Shown here piece after piece: positions 28,969-32,135 of a DNA stretch of 32,135 bases (the stretch's first letter is position 1; every line of letters starts with the position of its first letter). Location of the stretch: the NCBI GenBank assembly GCA_040225955.1, contig JBECUL010000025.1, positions 1 through 32,135 on the forward strand, read 5' to 3'. The notes below the pieces were generated by a model that made no database searches, was not told the origin of the DNA, and worked only from the letters and a program-made list of their open reading frames with translations. The DNA is from Candidatus Asgardarchaeum abyssi. Its GTDB lineage: Archaea > Asgardarchaeota > Asgardarchaeia > Asgardarchaeales > Asgardarchaeaceae. Made by a program: the position numbers and the translations under genes.

Positions 28969-30030
28969 ATGAATGTAAAAAAATTTAGCATTCTTATAGG
29001 AATTCTATTAATAGCGGCCTTAGTAATAGGCTCCATGCCACAAGCTATTTCTGCATCAGATACTCCTTACCTTCAAGATGATCCAAGGAGACCTATGCAA
29101 CCACCAGTAACAACACCGCCAACCTACAGCAAAGGTATTGCAAAAATAGAAACCGAAAAAATAACAGTTGCGGTTACTGCAGATGGAATGGTATTACATT
29201 TTCTGTTTTGGAACACTAGCGACCCATCAATAGTTTATCATGCAAAGTTTGTTCAAATGATGGAATATATTGACTCAAACGGCGATGGCATTTTCCAATA
29301 CAACGAAATGGTTCCTGCATCGGTACTTGCTGTATCTGCAATCGACTTCTCATTTTCAGGATTTGAAAACATTACAGACAATGATGGAAATGTAATAGGA
29401 ATAAAATTTAGCTTTAATAGCACTAACGTTAGCGATGTAAGACAAAGCAATTTAGAATTAGATGTGGTGTGCTATCTCTTCTTTGAAGATTCTGAAATTA
29501 ATGGAATTGCAGTAAATGGTCTCACAGAATTAAAATTCACCATTGTTATAAAGAACTGGAAATGGGTCAGAGATGATAGTGACTTGGTTGTTAGATTTGA
29601 CTTGACATGGAGTAACACAACTGACAAACCAAGATGCAGGGCTAACAGTGAAGAAGTTGATATGCAAAAGAACATGGAAGGAAACGAAAAGAAACTTCAG
29701 AGTAGGACGCAAAACAAATATAGATGCATGGAACTTGTACATGATAAACAAATTGGATATTTTGACTATGTATCCACAGCCATAGCTGATGGTCAAACGG
29801 TTAGTACTAATGCTTCGTATGCTACATATGGAGACCTTCTGAGAGTATACTTCACATATCCACACTTTGAAAATGAACTAATCCATGATCCAATTATCGG
29901 AATAGCTAGCGAAACAGAAGAGGCTGGTGACCTAATCTCGCAATATATACCTACAGACTATTTAACCATAAGTATCATAGTTATCGTAGTTATAATAGTA
30001 GCTATTGTTGTCAAAAAGATACGCAGCTGA
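28969..30030 (+). CDS. Secreted, C-terminally anchored hypothetical protein
   Basis: GGTGA SD before ATG 28969. Signal peptide, DSNGDG Ca-loop-like motif, LIHDPIIG, TM tail plus KKIRS. Confidence 0.85.
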   Translation: MNVKKFSILIGILLIAALVIGSMPQAISASDTPYLQDDPRRPMQPPVTTPPTYSKGIAKIETEKITVAVTADGMVLHFLFWNTSDPSIVYHAKFVQMMEYIDSNGDGIFQYNEMVPASVLAVSAIDFSFSGFENITDNDGNVIGIKFSFNSTNVSDVRQSNLELDVVCYLFFEDSEINGIAVNGLTELKFTIVIKNWKWVRDDSDLVVRFDLTWSNTTDKPRCRANSEEVDMQKNMEGNEKKLQSRTQNKYRCMELVHDKQIGYFDYVSTAIADGQTVSTNASYATYGDLLRVYFTYPHFENELIHDPIIGIASETEEAGDLISQYIPTDYLTISIIVIVVIIVAIVVKKIRS

Positions 30031-30060
30031 CTCTTCCTTTTTCCAATTTTTTATTTTTTT
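30031..30060 (+). terminator. Oligo-T terminator
   Basis: CTTCCTTTTTCCAATTTTTTATTTTTTT directly after the stop. Confidence 0.55.
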
Positions 30061-30137
30061 GTCGGCTTATTTTATATATAAATGGATAAAAATTCAATAT
30101 AGCTAAATAAATATGTCTACGTTTTTTAGTTTTAGTG

Positions 30138-30545
30138 CTAAAAGATTCTATTAACAAGCCCATCAAAGTGAGAGTCAAAAGATGCAATATATTCTATACT
30201 ATATCTTTGTACTATTGCGAGATTTGTGCAATCTGTAAAACTCATTTTTTTATTTGATAATCGCTTAAATAAATTCCATGCAGTTATAAAAATATCTGCA
30301 TCGACATAGATCATCTTAATGATTTTTGATGATAATATATAATTTCCAATATCTTCGGCAAAAAAATAGTTTTTAGTTCTAATAAGAGCCACCGTTACCG
30401 CCTCATCAAAAACATAATCAGATGTGTACGCAATTCCAAAATCTCCAGATAGGATTTTTTTCATAATTTCTTTAGCTCTTTTGTGATTTAGGTCATCTTC
30501 GTTCCGCAATGCAATAAAGATATTAGTATCAATAAAAATTCCCAT
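30138..30545 (-). CDS. vapC: PIN-domain toxin
   Basis: IFIDTNIFIA, VFDEAVT, MSFTDC and IASFDSHF motifs. Confidence 0.95.
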   Translation of the reverse strand: MGIFIDTNIFIALRNEDDLNHKRAKEIMKKILSGDFGIAYTSDYVFDEAVTVALIRTKNYFFAEDIGNYILSSKIIKMIYVDADIFITAWNLFKRLSNKKMSFTDCTNLAIVQRYSIEYIASFDSHFDGLVNRIF

Positions 30546-30832
30546 TACTCTCCCCCGTATAGTACTCTATCTATTGAAATAGATGCATCTTTTATCCCCC
30601 ATTTTTTAGGCTTATTTAGCAGTTTCCATGCAATGTCATCCTCTACTGAAATTTTATTTTCTTCAATCCCTAATTCCTTTAAAAAGGAAGTTTTATTTTT
30701 TAATGCAAACTTTATTGCAGCTTCTAATGCTTTTTTCTTACTTATCTTGATACCTTTCTCTATAAGCAACTTAGCTATCATTTTCTCTAATTCTGCATTT
30801 ATCTTTTTATCAATTTTAACAGTAATTGACAT
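30545..30832 (-). CDS. vapB: VapB-type antitoxin
   Basis: TAATG overlap with vapC. N-terminal TVKID strand plus helices, C-terminal DASISIDRVLYG. Confidence 0.85.
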   Translation of the reverse strand: MSITVKIDKKINAELEKMIAKLLIEKGIKISKKKALEAAIKFALKNKTSFLKELGIEENKISVEDDIAWKLLNKPKKWGIKDASISIDRVLYGGE

Positions 30833-31013
30833 TTTTTACACCAATATACTTTTGTAATTTGATACTTTTATCTTTTTCTACTTGTAATTTAATAGGTCAA
30901 TGATAGTACTCAGATATATACATTAGACTTTTTAGTAAAAAGACACACAAAAAATCTTAGTACAATATAAAATGAAGGATAATGACTTATTCTTATCAGT
31001 AATAAAAAAGGAG

Positions 31014-32135
31014 TTAATATTGTGCAAGCAAGCTATGTAGATGTTTAACAATTTCGGAAGCTGATGGACGTTTATTTATGTCCTTTTGAAGCATGCTTAG
31101 TATCAGACGCCATACGTCCTCTGGAATGCTGTTGTCATAAACTGGTGACTCATATAAGATATTCTTAACAGCCTTTGCAACATCCTCGCCGAATGGCAAT
31201 TTTCTTGTTATCAACTCATAAAGAACTACACCCAATTGCCAGATATCAGTCCACGGTCCTATGCCTCCAAAGCTGGCGTCAAACTGTTCTGGAGCAGAAT
31301 AAGCTATTGTCCCAATATAGCCCTTGGATGTAGCGGAATGCTTGAATATTTTAGAAAGTCCCCAATCACTTAGTTTGAAAATATCACCTTTGAACAAGAT
31401 ATTTTCTGGCTTTATGTCTCTATGCACCAAATTAAATTCACTATGCGCATAATTTAGAGCCAAAGCTATTTGTAGTACTATCTCTAAGGCTTCTTTGATC
31501 TGAAAACTCTTCTTGTTAAGTAAGTCCCTAAGAGAACCTTCCATGCATTCCATAACAATATATGGGACCGGATCAATACCGTAATCCAATAAACGCACTA
31601 TGTTCTGATGCTGAAGAACACTCCATATCGATATTTCCTTTACAAATGTTTTCCTAATCTCTTCTGTCACCTGATTGAATACCTTTAAGGCAACTGTTCT
31701 TCCTTGATTATCTTTGCCTCAAATACTGAGGCAAAACCTCCACTGCCTATAAATCTAACTATTTTGTAATTTGGTATAGTCACGGTCACTTTTTCATATG
31801 ATACACTTGGGGCTGTTTCTTGGAGTGCCTTACCAGTGTCTGCTCTTATAACAGTTTCTGGTACAGCCTTTTCACTCACACTTGGTGTAACTAATTTTGT
31901 ACTCTCTGATACTCTTCGCGTAGGCTCCTTGGAAAGTGCACCGCTTATGTACGTAGCTACTACTAGCGTTATGTCTGGAGTCTTAAAAATGGTTATGATC
32001 CCAAAGGAAAATAATGAAGCAATCACACCTACAACTGTAGAGTACGTCAAATACTCTACAATATAGGAAAGAAAATTTATCTGATTTACAATATCTGCAA
32101 TGATAACTATGAGTATTAGTGACAGAAATGCAGAA
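31014..32135 (-). pseudogene. Multi-TM membrane-anchored Hanks-type Ser/Thr protein kinase, 5'-truncated by the window edge, with a 1-bp frameshift near 31714
   Basis: The frame is open to the window edge with TM helices and IGSGGFASVF. After the shift: TVALKVF, KEISIW, HRDIKPEN, SDWG, YSAPE, DIWQLG, KRPSA. Confidence 0.85.

Overview
AT-rich, almost certainly archaeal DNA. The evidence is an AGOG-type glycosylase, GGTGA/GAGGTG Shine-Dalgarno motifs, oligo-T terminators, and a giant NosD/Ig-repeat surface protein rich in N-x-S/T sequons. The gene content fits a TACK or Asgard lineage, but this cannot be proven from the window. It is an accessory region with two intact VapBC pairs, transporters (ClC-CBS, CaCA, orphan ABC binding protein), a DUF3160 protein, secreted proteins and many decayed genes. 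Three things stand out. (1) A ~3.03 kb insertion with no transposase or integrase (24500-27528) splits the DUF4276/TOPRIM-like partner of an ABC/AAA_21 ATPase. It is bounded by a 3-bp TCA repeat and repeated GTTATGTGTC-type motifs, and precise removal restores a 174-aa ORF. (2) A divergent gene pair encodes a PD-(D/E)XK nuclease with a large insertion and an AGOG glycosylase whose 8-oxoG pocket appears altered. (3) Next to it is a three-gene operon: degenerate inositol-monophosphatase-fold protein, HAD phosphatase and tail-anchored unknown protein. Items 2 and 3 may form an undescribed defence or nucleotide-processing system. No rRNA, tRNA or CRISPR array was seen. All family calls come from motif recognition by eye, not database searches.
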